A DNA stretch of 64,000 nucleotides from Patescibacteria group bacterium (GTDB taxonomy: Bacteria; Patescibacteriota; Microgenomatia; UBA12405), in NCBI GenBank assembly GCA_013387215.1, contig WARW01000022.1:169897-233896 (forward strand), written 5' to 3'. Positions 49,861 through 58,462 of the stretch are shown piece after piece. Each line of letters begins with the position of its first letter. The first letter of the stretch is position 1. The position numbers and the translations under genes are program-made. Below the pieces are notes generated by a model. That model did not search any database. It was not told the DNA's origin and saw only the letters and a program-made list of their open reading frames with translations.

Positions 49861-50232
49861 TTAGTACACCTCTTGAGCCATGGAGGCTATTTTATTAAAT
49901 CCTAAATCTTTAATTTCACGAGCAATTGGCCCGAAGATACGAGTACCTCGTGGGTTATTTTGAGAATCAATTATAACACCTGCATTATCGCTAAAACGAA
50001 TGTATGATCCATCAGCTCGGCCAAATTCTTTTCTGGTTCGAACAATAACCATTTTAACTTTTTCTTTTTTCTTAACTAAACCGTTTGGAATAGCATCTTT
50101 AACAACAGCAAGAACGATATCACCAATTGATCCTTTCTTGTGGAAATGACCTCGGTAGACATGGACAACTTGGACGAGTTTAGCGCCGCAATTGTCTGCT
50201 GGTTTCATTATAGTTCTTAATTGGACTGACAT
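49861..50232 (-). CDS. rplN: 50S ribosomal protein L14
   Basis: L14 family. Confidence 0.9.
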   Translation of the reverse strand: MSVQLRTIMKPADNCGAKLVQVVHVYRGHFHKKGSIGDIVLAVVKDAIPNGLVKKKEKVKMVIVRTRKEFGRADGSYIRFSDNAGVIIDSQNNPRGTRIFGPIAREIKDLGFNKIASMAQEVY

Positions 50233-50234
50233 AA

Positions 50235-50492
50235 TTAGGCTTTTTTAATGATTTCTAAAGTAGTAAATCTTTTAAGTTTACTGAGCGGACGAGTCTCGAG
50301 AACCTTAACTCTATCACCGACTTTAGCTGAAAGATTGTTTTCAGCATAAATCTTTTTGTGTTTACTGACGATTTTTTTATAAATCGGATGTCTGCTGGTG
50401 TATTCAAGAGATACAGCAATTGTGTTGGCCATTTTATCAGAGACAATAGTGCCTTCAAATGTTTTTCCAGTTTTATTAATTTTGTTTGTCAT
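50235..50492 (-). CDS. rpsQ: 30S ribosomal protein S17
   Basis: GTIVSDKMANTIAVSLE. Confidence 0.9.
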   Translation of the reverse strand: MTNKINKTGKTFEGTIVSDKMANTIAVSLEYTSRHPIYKKIVSKHKKIYAENNLSAKVGDRVKVLETRPLSKLKRFTTLEIIKKA

Positions 50493-50694
50493 GTTCTTTT
50501 TCAGTTAAAAGAGTAGAGATATATGCTATCTCATATTTAATTTTTTCAAAGACTGAGGTGTCTTTTTGGGTTCCACTTGCTAATTTAGCTTTAGTTTCAA
50601 CCAGTTTATTTCGAAGATCAGATAAGTTTTTAGTCAATTCTTCACTGCTCTTTTGTCTGTAGGAAATTTTATCAGTTTTTTTCATAAAGTCCAC
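50476..50694 (-). CDS. rpmC: 50S ribosomal protein L29
   Basis: 72 aa helical; position between rplP and rpsQ. Confidence 0.85.
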   Translation of the reverse strand: MDFMKKTDKISYRQKSSEELTKNLSDLRNKLVETKAKLASGTQKDTSVFEKIKYEIAYISTLLTEKEHDKQN

Positions 50695-50696
50695 CC

Positions 50697-51101
50697 TTAT
50701 TTTCTATTAACTATTTTGGTAACTAATGGTAATTTAGCAGCAGCTAGTTTCAAGGCGACTTTAGCGTCTGCTTCGCTAACACCAGAAACTTCGAACATAA
50801 TTCGACCTGGTTTTATAACGGAAACATAACCTTTGACGTCACCTTTTCCGGCACCTAATGGAGCACCTGAACCTTTTTCAGTGACAGGTTTATCTGGGAA
50901 AATACGGACCCACATACGACCGTTTCTTTTGGTAGCATGAGCAATAGCGCGTCTTGCAGCTTCGATTTGATTAGCTGTGACCCAGCCACATTCGAGAGAC
51001 TTGAGACCGAAATCTCCAAAGGCAACTAAATTACCTTTTGAGTTTCCTCGCATTTTTCCTCTAAATTGTTTTCTATATTTGGTTCTACTTGGTTGCAACA
51101 T
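50697..51101 (-). CDS. rplP: 50S ribosomal protein L16
   Basis: MLQPSRTKYRKQFRGKM. Confidence 0.9.
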   Translation of the reverse strand: MLQPSRTKYRKQFRGKMRGNSKGNLVAFGDFGLKSLECGWVTANQIEAARRAIAHATKRNGRMWVRIFPDKPVTEKGSGAPLGAGKGDVKGYVSVIKPGRIMFEVSGVSEADAKVALKLAAAKLPLVTKIVNRK

Positions 51102-51107
51102 AATGGT

Positions 51108-51749
51108 TTAGCCTAAACACAAATAAACTTTTACGCCAATATAACCTGATCGGGTTAATGATGGACATTCGTGATAATCAATGATTGATCGGATAGTACT
51201 TAATGGTACTTTACCTTCTGAGAATTTTTCTCGGCGTCCGATTTCGGATCCGTTGATTCTTCCAGAAAGAATAATCTTAATACCTTTGGCACCAGCTGAA
51301 ATGGATTTTTCCATTGCAGATAATACGACTCGGCGGTAAGGCATTCTTTTGGTAAGTTGATATGCTACTTTTTCAGCAATTAATTTAGCTGAAAGATCGG
51401 CATGTTTGAATTCTTCGACTTGGATTTCGATGCTTTGTTTGCCAGGGACTTTAGCGATAAGTTTTTGAATATCTTTTTTCAAGACTTCCAATTCTTTACC
51501 ACCGCGACCGATGACTAAGCCAGGTCGAGAAACGACGATAATTAATTTAATTTTTTTAACAGATCTTTCGATTTTTAATGAAACAACACCAGCAGAATAG
51601 AGTTTCTTTTGAAGATAATCTCTAATTTTTTTATCTTCGAGAAGATAAATTCCGTACTGTTTGGTATTGGCATACCAGGATGATTGCCATTCTGGACTGT
51701 TTTTGACAGTTTCTAATCTAAAACCAATTGGATTTACTTTTTGACCCAT
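51108..51749 (-). CDS. rpsC: 30S ribosomal protein S3
   Basis: Start trimmed to MGQKVNPIGFRL (ATG with GGAG RBS); KH plus S3-C domains. Confidence 0.9.
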   Translation of the reverse strand: MGQKVNPIGFRLETVKNSPEWQSSWYANTKQYGIYLLEDKKIRDYLQKKLYSAGVVSLKIERSVKKIKLIIVVSRPGLVIGRGGKELEVLKKDIQKLIAKVPGKQSIEIQVEEFKHADLSAKLIAEKVAYQLTKRMPYRRVVLSAMEKSISAGAKGIKIILSGRINGSEIGRREKFSEGKVPLSTIRSIIDYHECPSLTRSGYIGVKVYLCLG

Positions 51750-51753
51750 AGTT

Positions 51754-52203
51754 TTACTTTTGAACTCCCTTAACATTTATTAGTAGACGACTGTGTCTCT
51801 TCATCATAAGACCTCGAGCAAATCGAGAACCGTGGGATTTATCCATTCTTTTGATTTTAAGACCTTCGTTAACTTGGATGGTGTCGAATTTTAAGGTTTC
51901 AATGTCCATGCCAAAATTGTTTTTTGCATCAGCAATAACATTTTGGATAGCACGAACTAAAATTCGAGCAGATTTAGTATTGGTAAATTTAAGTCTCAAT
52001 AAAGCTTCGGTTGGAGCTAATTTCTTGATATCGTTTGCAAGTAATCTGAGCTTACGAGGCGAAATCATGACATTCTTATTGATATATTTTGCCACTTTAA
52101 AAACTGGTTCGGATTTTACTTCAGCAGTCTTTTTGGTTTTTGCGACTACTGGTTTTTTATCGACCACAGTTTTTGTAGTTTTTTTATTAATAGTTTTTGC
52201 CAT
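51754..52203 (-). CDS. rplV: 50S ribosomal protein L22 (Lys-rich N-terminal extension)
   Basis: ISPRKLRLLANDIK core. Confidence 0.85.
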   Translation of the reverse strand: MAKTINKKTTKTVVDKKPVVAKTKKTAEVKSEPVFKVAKYINKNVMISPRKLRLLANDIKKLAPTEALLRLKFTNTKSARILVRAIQNVIADAKNNFGMDIETLKFDTIQVNEGLKIKRMDKSHGSRFARGLMMKRHSRLLINVKGVQK

Positions 52204-52206
52204 AGT

Positions 52207-52482
52207 TTATGTCTTTTCAATAACTCTTTTAACGACACGTCCATGACCTTTGAAGGTTCTTGTTGGAGCGAATTCTCCAAAACGATGTCCTACCATTTCT
52301 TCAGTAACATAGACATTTATAAATTTTTTGCCATTGTAGACTTCGAAATTTGTGCCGATGAAATCTGGAGCGATTTGGCTCGATCTGGCATAAGTTTTAA
52401 CTGGGGTTGAACCCTGTTTGTTAGCAACTTTTTTTAGAATGTTTTGATCGATGTATGGACCTTTCTTTGAACTTCTAGACAT
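52207..52482 (-). CDS. rpsS: 30S ribosomal protein S19
   Basis: [12 protein letters not shown]. Confidence 0.9.
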   Translation of the reverse strand: MSRSSKKGPYIDQNILKKVANKQGSTPVKTYARSSQIAPDFIGTNFEVYNGKKFINVYVTEEMVGHRFGEFAPTRTFKGHGRVVKRVIEKT

Positions 52483-52484
52483 GT

Positions 52485-53225
52485 TTATTTGCTTTTGCGC
52501 TTAACAATTAATTTATTAGATGCATTTTTTCGCTTTCTAGTTTTTCGGAAAGCAGATTTACCCCATGGTGTTTTTGGATTCATACCAATAGAGCTTCGAC
52601 CTTCACCACCTCCATGTGGATGGGAGTGAGGATTCTGAGCAACACCTCGGACAGATGGTCTGATACCTCGATGTCGGGAATCACCGGCTTTAACTAATTT
52701 TTGATTGCTGTGATCAGAATTTCCAACTTGGCCAATAGTAGCTTGAGCGTCAGCATGGAAAATTCTAATTTCGCCTGATGGTAATTTAATAGTAGCTTTA
52801 TCACCGTCTATGCTTTGAACATAGGCTGCAGAACCTGCACTTTTTACTAATTGAGCTGGTCTGCCTTTGTGGAAAGCTAAAGCATGAATAGGAACACCAA
52901 CTGGGATGTTTCTTAATGGTAAACAGTTTCCATCTTTAATTGGAGCATTTTGAGAAGCAACAACAACATCGCCGACTTTTAAATTGGTTGAAGCTAAAAT
53001 ATAAGTTTTAGCACCATTTTCATAAGATAAAACGGCAATATCAGCAGTTCGGTTTGGATCGTATTCGATTGCAGTAACTTTTGCCTTAATATCGGTTTTA
53101 TTTCGATTCCATTCGATTTCTCTTAAATAGCGCTTGTGTTCTCCGCCGCGATGTCTAACTGAAACATGACCTTGAGAGTCACGTCCGCTTTGTTTCTTTT
53201 TAATGGTTAATAATGCACCTATCAT
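52485..53225 (-). CDS. rplB: 50S ribosomal protein L2 (short N-terminus)
   Basis: [18 protein letters not shown] motifs. Confidence 0.9.
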   Translation of the reverse strand: MIGALLTIKKKQSGRDSQGHVSVRHRGGEHKRYLREIEWNRNKTDIKAKVTAIEYDPNRTADIAVLSYENGAKTYILASTNLKVGDVVVASQNAPIKDGNCLPLRNIPVGVPIHALAFHKGRPAQLVKSAGSAAYVQSIDGDKATIKLPSGEIRIFHADAQATIGQVGNSDHSNQKLVKAGDSRHRGIRPSVRGVAQNPHSHPHGGGEGRSSIGMNPKTPWGKSAFRKTRKRKNASNKLIVKRKSK

Positions 53226-53227
53226 AA

Positions 53228-53530
53228 TTATTTGTTTAGAGTTAATAATTCGATTTTTTGATCTTTTCCAACAGTGATCAAAGCTTTTTTCTGATCAGGT
53301 TTTTGAATTGGTTTTCTTTTTTTCCAATCAGTTTTAAGTTTTCCTTTAAGAGTGGTTGTGTTGACAGATAAAGGTTTAACACCAAATACTTCTTGAAAGG
53401 CAGCACCAATTTGGTTTTTGTTAGCTGAAACGCTAACCCAAAAAGAGTATTTACCTTTAGACTGCTCTATAAGAGCTTTCTCAGTAATAATTGGTTTTAA
53501 AATAATGTGTTGTGAACTTATGAGGGTCAT
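53228..53530 (-). CDS. rplW: 50S ribosomal protein L23
   Basis: L23 family. Confidence 0.9.
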   Translation of the reverse strand: MTLISSQHIILKPIITEKALIEQSKGKYSFWVSVSANKNQIGAAFQEVFGVKPLSVNTTTLKGKLKTDWKKRKPIQKPDQKKALITVGKDQKIELLTLNK

Positions 53531-53532
53531 GT

Positions 53533-54168
53533 TTATCTAGAAAAATGTTTTAAGGCCTTTTTGCTGACAATCAAAAATTGTTGATTGGCAAGGTCATAAG
53601 TATTTAATGATTTAAGGGACAAAAGATTTACTTTTTCCAAATTTCCAAAAGCTCTTTTAACATTAGTCAATGTTTTAGTGGTAATTATACCAACTTTTGA
53701 ACTTTTAGATAATACTTCATTCTTGGCTTTAAGTCCAGTAATAAGTTTTAACGCTTCTTTGGTTTTTGGAGTTAAAGTGTTGATTTGTTCAACTATAAGA
53801 ATTCTCTTTTCTTTAGCAAATTTAGATAAAAGTGAATTTACAGCCACTTTTTTCATTTTCTTGTTAAGGCTAAGAAGGTAGTTTTGATCACCTTTTGGAC
53901 CGAGAGCAATGCCTCCACCGACAAAGATTGGAGCAGTTCTGTTACCGTGACGAGCACGACCAGTACCTTTTTGAGCCCAAACTTTTTGTCTGGTTCCAGC
54001 AACTTGAGATCTGGTTTTGGTTTTAGCAAAAGAAGATCTTTGGTTGGAAAGATAGACTCGGATAGCTTGAGAAATTAATTTTTCGGAAATTTCGTTTTCA
54101 AAAACTGCCTTTGGTAAGGTGATTTCTCCAACGTTTTCTGCTTTGATATTATATACTTGGGCTTTCAT
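53533..54168 (-). CDS. rplD: 50S ribosomal protein L4
   Basis: Start trimmed to MKAQVYNIK (ATG, RBS AAAGAGAG); GTGRARHG motif. Confidence 0.9.
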   Translation of the reverse strand: MKAQVYNIKAENVGEITLPKAVFENEISEKLISQAIRVYLSNQRSSFAKTKTRSQVAGTRQKVWAQKGTGRARHGNRTAPIFVGGGIALGPKGDQNYLLSLNKKMKKVAVNSLLSKFAKEKRILIVEQINTLTPKTKEALKLITGLKAKNEVLSKSSKVGIITTKTLTNVKRAFGNLEKVNLLSLKSLNTYDLANQQFLIVSKKALKHFSR

Positions 54169-54169
54169 G

Positions 54170-54790
54170 TTAGGCTCTCTTTGAAATGGTGACCCAGGAA
54201 TTAAACGAACCAGGGACAGAACCACTAATTAATATTTCGTTAGTATCTTTGTTGACAGCTACTACTTTTAAGTTAGTAATTGTTTTAGTGACAACACCCA
54301 TGTGTCCTGGCATTTTTTTACCACGAACAACTTTTCCTGGGGTTTGTGCTCCAATAGAACCTGGTGCTCTGATACGATCAGAAGCATTTTTGATAGGTTG
54401 CTTTTTGAAGTTGTGTCTTTTGATAACACCAGCAAAACCACGACCCTTAGTTATGCCGGTAGCATCAACGGTATCGCCGACTGCAAAAACAGAATCAATA
54501 GCAATATCGTTACCTACTTCAATTGTTTGATCTGCGGCTGCAGTGAATTCTTTAAAATGTTGAGGTTTTAAATCAACGTTAATTTTTGTAAGTTTGGCAG
54601 AGGTTGCTTTGTCCAATTTTTTCTTGGAACCATAAGCGACTTGAACAGCTTGGTAGCCATCTTTCTCGGTATTTTTGACTTGAGTTACTTTGAGAGGTAA
54701 AGCTACACATTTGGTTACAGCTATTCTTTTGCCGTCTTCAGTGAATACGCTGGTCATGAGACCTTTTTTTACAATAAATCCTGTGATCAT
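54170..54790 (-). CDS. rplC: 50S ribosomal protein L3
   Basis: L3 family. Confidence 0.9.
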   Translation of the reverse strand: MITGFIVKKGLMTSVFTEDGKRIAVTKCVALPLKVTQVKNTEKDGYQAVQVAYGSKKKLDKATSAKLTKINVDLKPQHFKEFTAAADQTIEVGNDIAIDSVFAVGDTVDATGITKGRGFAGVIKRHNFKKQPIKNASDRIRAPGSIGAQTPGKVVRGKKMPGHMGVVTKTITNLKVVAVNKDTNEILISGSVPGSFNSWVTISKRA

Positions 54791-54794
54791 AATT

Positions 54795-55106
54795 TTACAT
54801 CTTAACTTCTACTTCCACGCCTGAAGGCAAATCTAAATGCTGAAGACTATCAACAGTACGAAGACTGGTATTTGATATGTCGATTAGACGCTTGTGAGTA
54901 AGTATTTCGAAATGCTCACGAGCATTTTTGTCTGTATGAGGGCTGGTTAAAACAGTAATTGTTTTTCTCTCAGTTGGTAAAGGAATTGGTCCTTCCACTT
55001 GAGCACCTGCGGTAACCGCAGCCTCAACGATTTTGACTGCAGCTTCATCGATAATACGATGATCAAACGATTTTAATCTGATTCGGATACGGTTACCTTT
55101 GGTCAT
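54795..55106 (-). CDS. rpsJ: 30S ribosomal protein S10
   Basis: [15 protein letters not shown]. Confidence 0.9.
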   Translation of the reverse strand: MTKGNRIRIRLKSFDHRIIDEAAVKIVEAAVTAGAQVEGPIPLPTERKTITVLTSPHTDKNAREHFEILTHKRLIDISNTSLRTVDSLQHLDLPSGVEVEVKM

Positions 55107-55110
55107 AGTT

Positions 55111-56283
55111 TTACTTGATAATTTCTGTTATAGCACCTGCACCAACAGTCAAACCACCTTCACGAATAGCGAAGCGTTGACCAGGTTGCATAGCAACAGG
55201 TTTAATTAATTTAACTGTCACAGCGGCATTATCGCCTGGCATGACCATTTCCATACCTTCTGGTAAGGCAATGTCACCGGTTACATCAGTAGTTCTGATG
55301 AAGACTTGAGGTCTGTAACCAGAGAAGATTGGGGTGTGACGACCACCTTCTTCTTTCTTTAATAAAATAACTTCAGCTTTGAATTCAGTGTGAGGAGTGA
55401 TTGAACCTGGTTTAGATAAAACTTGTCCTCGTTCAATATCGTCTTTTTCAACTCCGCGGAGTAATAAACCGACGTTGTCTCCTGCTTGACCTTGATCGAG
55501 CATTTTGTGGAACATTTCAACACCAGTAACGATAGCTTTTCGAGTATCTCTTAAACCGACGATTTCAATTTCATCGTTGACTTTAACGACACCTTTTTCG
55601 ATTCTACCAGTAGCGACAGTACCTCTACCTTTAATAGAGAAAACGTCTTCAACAGGCATTAAGAAAGGTTTATCGAGTTCACGAACAGGTTCAGGAATGT
55701 AAGTGTCAAGAGCTTCCATTAATTTCTTAATAGATTCAACACCATCAGCTTCACCGTTGAGAGCTTTTAAAGCAGAACCACGAATAATTGGAGTTTCATC
55801 ACCTGGGAAGCCGTATTTAGTTAATAAATCACGGATTTCCATTTCGACGAGATCTAAGAATTCTGGATCTTCAACTAAGTCGACTTTGTTTAAGAAGACT
55901 ACGAGAGATGGAACGTTAACCTGTTTAGCCAAAAGAACGTGTTCTCTGGTTTGAGGCATTGGACCATCTGGTGCAGAAACGACGAGAATAGCACCATCCA
56001 TTTGAGCAGCACCGGTGATCATGTTTTTGACGTAATCAGCGTGTCCTGGACAATCGATGTGAGCATAGTGTCTTTTTTCTGTTTCGTATTCAATGTGAGA
56101 AATGGCAATAGTGACGATTTTAGAAGAATCACGGACAGTACCACCCTTAGCGATATCTGCATATGATTTTGCACTTCCTTGTACTTTAGAAATTGCTGCT
56201 GTTAAAGTTGTTTTACCATGATCGACGTGACCAATGGTACCGACGTTGACGTGTGGCTTAGTTCTTTGATAAGTATCTGCCAT
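55111..56283 (-). CDS. tuf: Elongation factor Tu
   Basis: [22 protein letters not shown] motifs. Confidence 0.95.
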   Translation of the reverse strand: MADTYQRTKPHVNVGTIGHVDHGKTTLTAAISKVQGSAKSYADIAKGGTVRDSSKIVTIAISHIEYETEKRHYAHIDCPGHADYVKNMITGAAQMDGAILVVSAPDGPMPQTREHVLLAKQVNVPSLVVFLNKVDLVEDPEFLDLVEMEIRDLLTKYGFPGDETPIIRGSALKALNGEADGVESIKKLMEALDTYIPEPVRELDKPFLMPVEDVFSIKGRGTVATGRIEKGVVKVNDEIEIVGLRDTRKAIVTGVEMFHKMLDQGQAGDNVGLLLRGVEKDDIERGQVLSKPGSITPHTEFKAEVILLKKEEGGRHTPIFSGYRPQVFIRTTDVTGDIALPEGMEMVMPGDNAAVTVKLIKPVAMQPGQRFAIREGGLTVGAGAITEIIK

Positions 56284-56610
56284 TTTTTGTCTCCTTTTTT
56301 TTGATTTATTGTCTTTGGTAAGACGAAAGTTTCTAATTAATAATATTTAGAATAAAACGCTTTTAGATTGTATCAACTAAATAAAGCCATTGCAACATAC
56401 AAAATATATCAAAATGACTATATGTTAGTAGATATTTTGTCTTAATTCGTTTCTGAAATTATAACCCGTGCTACTTTAAATAAATAGGGATGACTTTGAA
56501 AAAATAATACAGAGTCGATGTGTATATATTTTTTATAAAAAAAATACCCGGCAGTAAAACAAGTTTGAAGCACAAAGGTGCAACAAACGGTTTTAGAACC
56601 GGGTTGACGG

Positions 56611-57018
56611 TTAAATACTCCAAAGGAGTCCTCGAGGTAATCTTTCAACTGATTCTGTTTGAAATAGTGCCCACTGCCCGATTTCATCTTTTTTATAGAT
56701 GTCTACATGATAATTACTATAACTGTCTAAATCAGCAGATGCACCACTGTGTCCACCCCATGCGTGATAACTTTTTTCAGAAATATAGACATTTATGCTG
56801 TCTCCACTTTCCGATTTAGAAAGACCAATAATTCTGTAGGATGTAACATGACGGCTGTCGTCTAGATAACATCCTTTAAGGTTATTAGCGATGGAAATGT
56901 TTAAAAACAAAAACATGGCATTTTGTTGACTACCTGTTGCGGCGACCAAGGCAGCAATAAGGCTACGTGCCTCTTTTTTGATTTTTCCAAACAATTCAGT
57001 TTTTCGTTTTTCGTCCAC
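56611..57018 (-). CDS. Hypothetical small protein (cassette gene 3 in the fusA-tuf insert)
   Basis: GTG start with GGGGAAAG RBS; 135 aa; U-rich terminator-like region downstream. Confidence 0.4.
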   Translation of the reverse strand: MDEKRKTELFGKIKKEARSLIAALVAATGSQQNAMFLFLNISIANNLKGCYLDDSRHVTSYRIIGLSKSESGDSINVYISEKSYHAWGGHSGASADLDSYSNYHVDIYKKDEIGQWALFQTESVERLPRGLLWSI

Positions 57019-57195
57019 TGATACTACCTACTTTCCCCTGTTTTTTTATTAATGACAGGAACCTGTTTTGGAACTTAAAACAAATTCCTACCATTAATAT
57101 ATTATTTAAAAGAGCTAGTAATAACTATTTTGTTATAGAAAATAAAACTGCAGGCATTATAAGATAGAAGGAACGTTAAGGCAATATTTTATTGC

Positions 57196-57244
57196 AAAAA
57201 AAAATACCCCAAACGTTTTTGTCAGCAAGCTGACCGTTTGAGGT
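57196..57244 (-). terminator. Complex intrinsic terminator (CCCCAAACG...CGUUUGGGG enclosing GUCAGC/GCUGAC, then U-tract); repeat copy 1
   Basis: Nested hairpin plus U7 on the minus strand directly after the 57266 gene stop; near-identical copy at 57822-57868. Confidence 0.7.
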
Positions 57245-57265
57245 ATAAGATGAAATTAGGAAATA

Positions 57266-57700
57266 TTAATAAGAAAGAATAAAGAAGTCGTAGAGCGGAG
57301 ACAAAATGTCTGAGTAGTGTCGTTTAAGAATTAGCTTGATTTTGTTTGACCAACAGATGGATCCAATGGTTATAAGATCAAGTTTGTGCTTATCAATTAT
57401 TTTAGTTTCCATTAAACCCGTAAATTTACCATTTTCAATATGAGTATCTGGATCATCTACTTCAAGATAAAGTCGATAAAAAAGATTTTGTATGCCAGCA
57501 CTATAGATTGAAAAATAATATTTACCGTCGACAAATTTTGCCTTGGTTCTAATAAAATAACTATTTTCATGTAAGTATGAAGTAGGAAGAGGTTGGTTTA
57601 AACCTTTAGCTGCACTTTTCTCAATTTCCGGAGGTATAAAGCCATTTATCAGCTCATACCAAATGTAAATGTCTTTTGTGTTTTTTTCCAATAAAATCAC
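57266..57700 (-). CDS. Hypothetical small protein, paralog 2 (IW.E...IDKHK family)
   Basis: GTG start; 144 aa; shares the IWYE and IDKHK blocks with the 57884 gene. Confidence 0.45.
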   Translation of the reverse strand: MILLEKNTKDIYIWYELINGFIPPEIEKSAAKGLNQPLPTSYLHENSYFIRTKAKFVDGKYYFSIYSAGIQNLFYRLYLEVDDPDTHIENGKFTGLMETKIIDKHKLDLITIGSICWSNKIKLILKRHYSDILSPLYDFFILSY

Positions 57701-57821
57701 TCTCTTTCTTTTAATTATCCTGATTTTAAAATGTGCTATTCAAAAAGAATGCGTGAGCTTGGCTCAATTCTTTCGAATGGGTTCGATTGTATCACAAGGT
57801 CTTTGATTTCCAAAATTTTGA

Positions 57822-57868
57822 CAAAAAATACCCCAAACGTTTTTGTCAGCAAGCTGACCGTTTGGGGT
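57822..57868 (-). terminator. Complex intrinsic terminator, repeat copy 2
   Basis: Identical to copy 1 except 2 substitutions. Confidence 0.7.
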
Positions 57869-57883
57869 GTAAGGACTAAATAA

Positions 57884-58300
57884 TTAAGATTGCAGATGAT
57901 ATGGCTTCAAATAATAGACATTTGTGTAGGGATAAAATCCTATTGGAGCATATTCATCATCTAAACTATAGACAGTACCATTCAGTTTAAATATGTCTTT
58001 TTTATAGAGCGGCTCTGCACAGATTTTGTGTTTATCAATTTCAAAGCGTTTGTTTGGCTGGTCGATTTCATACAATTCTTTAAAAAAACGAAATTGGATA
58101 TTATTGTAACCTTCTGTGTGAACTGTAATCTCAAGATTTTTTGACTCTTGTTTTGAAACTAGTTGTCTGACGAAGATACTGTGATCTTTTTCAAAAACCT
58201 GGTATACAGCAGTACATTGTCTCAATTCAAGTAAACTCTTTTTTAAATCTTCTGGTAAAGAGTTTTTGGGATATTCAACCCAAATATAAGTGGGATCCAT
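57884..58300 (-). CDS. Hypothetical small protein, paralog 1 (IW.E...IDKHK family)
   Basis: RBS AAGAGGAG plus ATG; 138 aa. Confidence 0.5.
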   Translation of the reverse strand: MDPTYIWVEYPKNSLPEDLKKSLLELRQCTAVYQVFEKDHSIFVRQLVSKQESKNLEITVHTEGYNNIQFRFFKELYEIDQPNKRFEIDKHKICAEPLYKKDIFKLNGTVYSLDDEYAPIGFYPYTNVYYLKPYHLQS

Positions 58301-58410
58301 TAAACCATCTCCTCTTTTATTATTTTTCCTAATTTTAAAATGAGCTATTCAAGAAAAATGCCGCATTCTTCCGAATTGGGCTGATTGTATCATAAGATCT
58401 GAAATTTTGG

Positions 58411-58441
58411 CAAAAAAAATACCCCCGAAGGATCGGGGGTA
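58411..58441 (-). terminator. Intrinsic terminator after fusA (ACCCCCGA-UCCU-UCGGGGGU plus U8)
   Basis: 8-bp GC-rich stem, U-tract on the minus strand, 20 nt after the fusA stop. Confidence 0.8.
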
Positions 58442-58462
58442 TAAAAAATTCAAAATTAATTT

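Noticed and set aside
56442-56819. Overlapping ORFs 56442-56687 (minus), 56520-56819 (plus) in the tuf upstream region
   Set aside because: They mutually overlap and also overlap the 56611-57018 gene, with no RBS; the tuf promoter region likely lies here.
57196-57868. Repeated nested-hairpin elements as integron attC sites
   Set aside because: No intI gene and no GTTRRRY / RYYYAAC core sites. Each is followed by a U-tract directly after a stop codon, so they fit terminators better.
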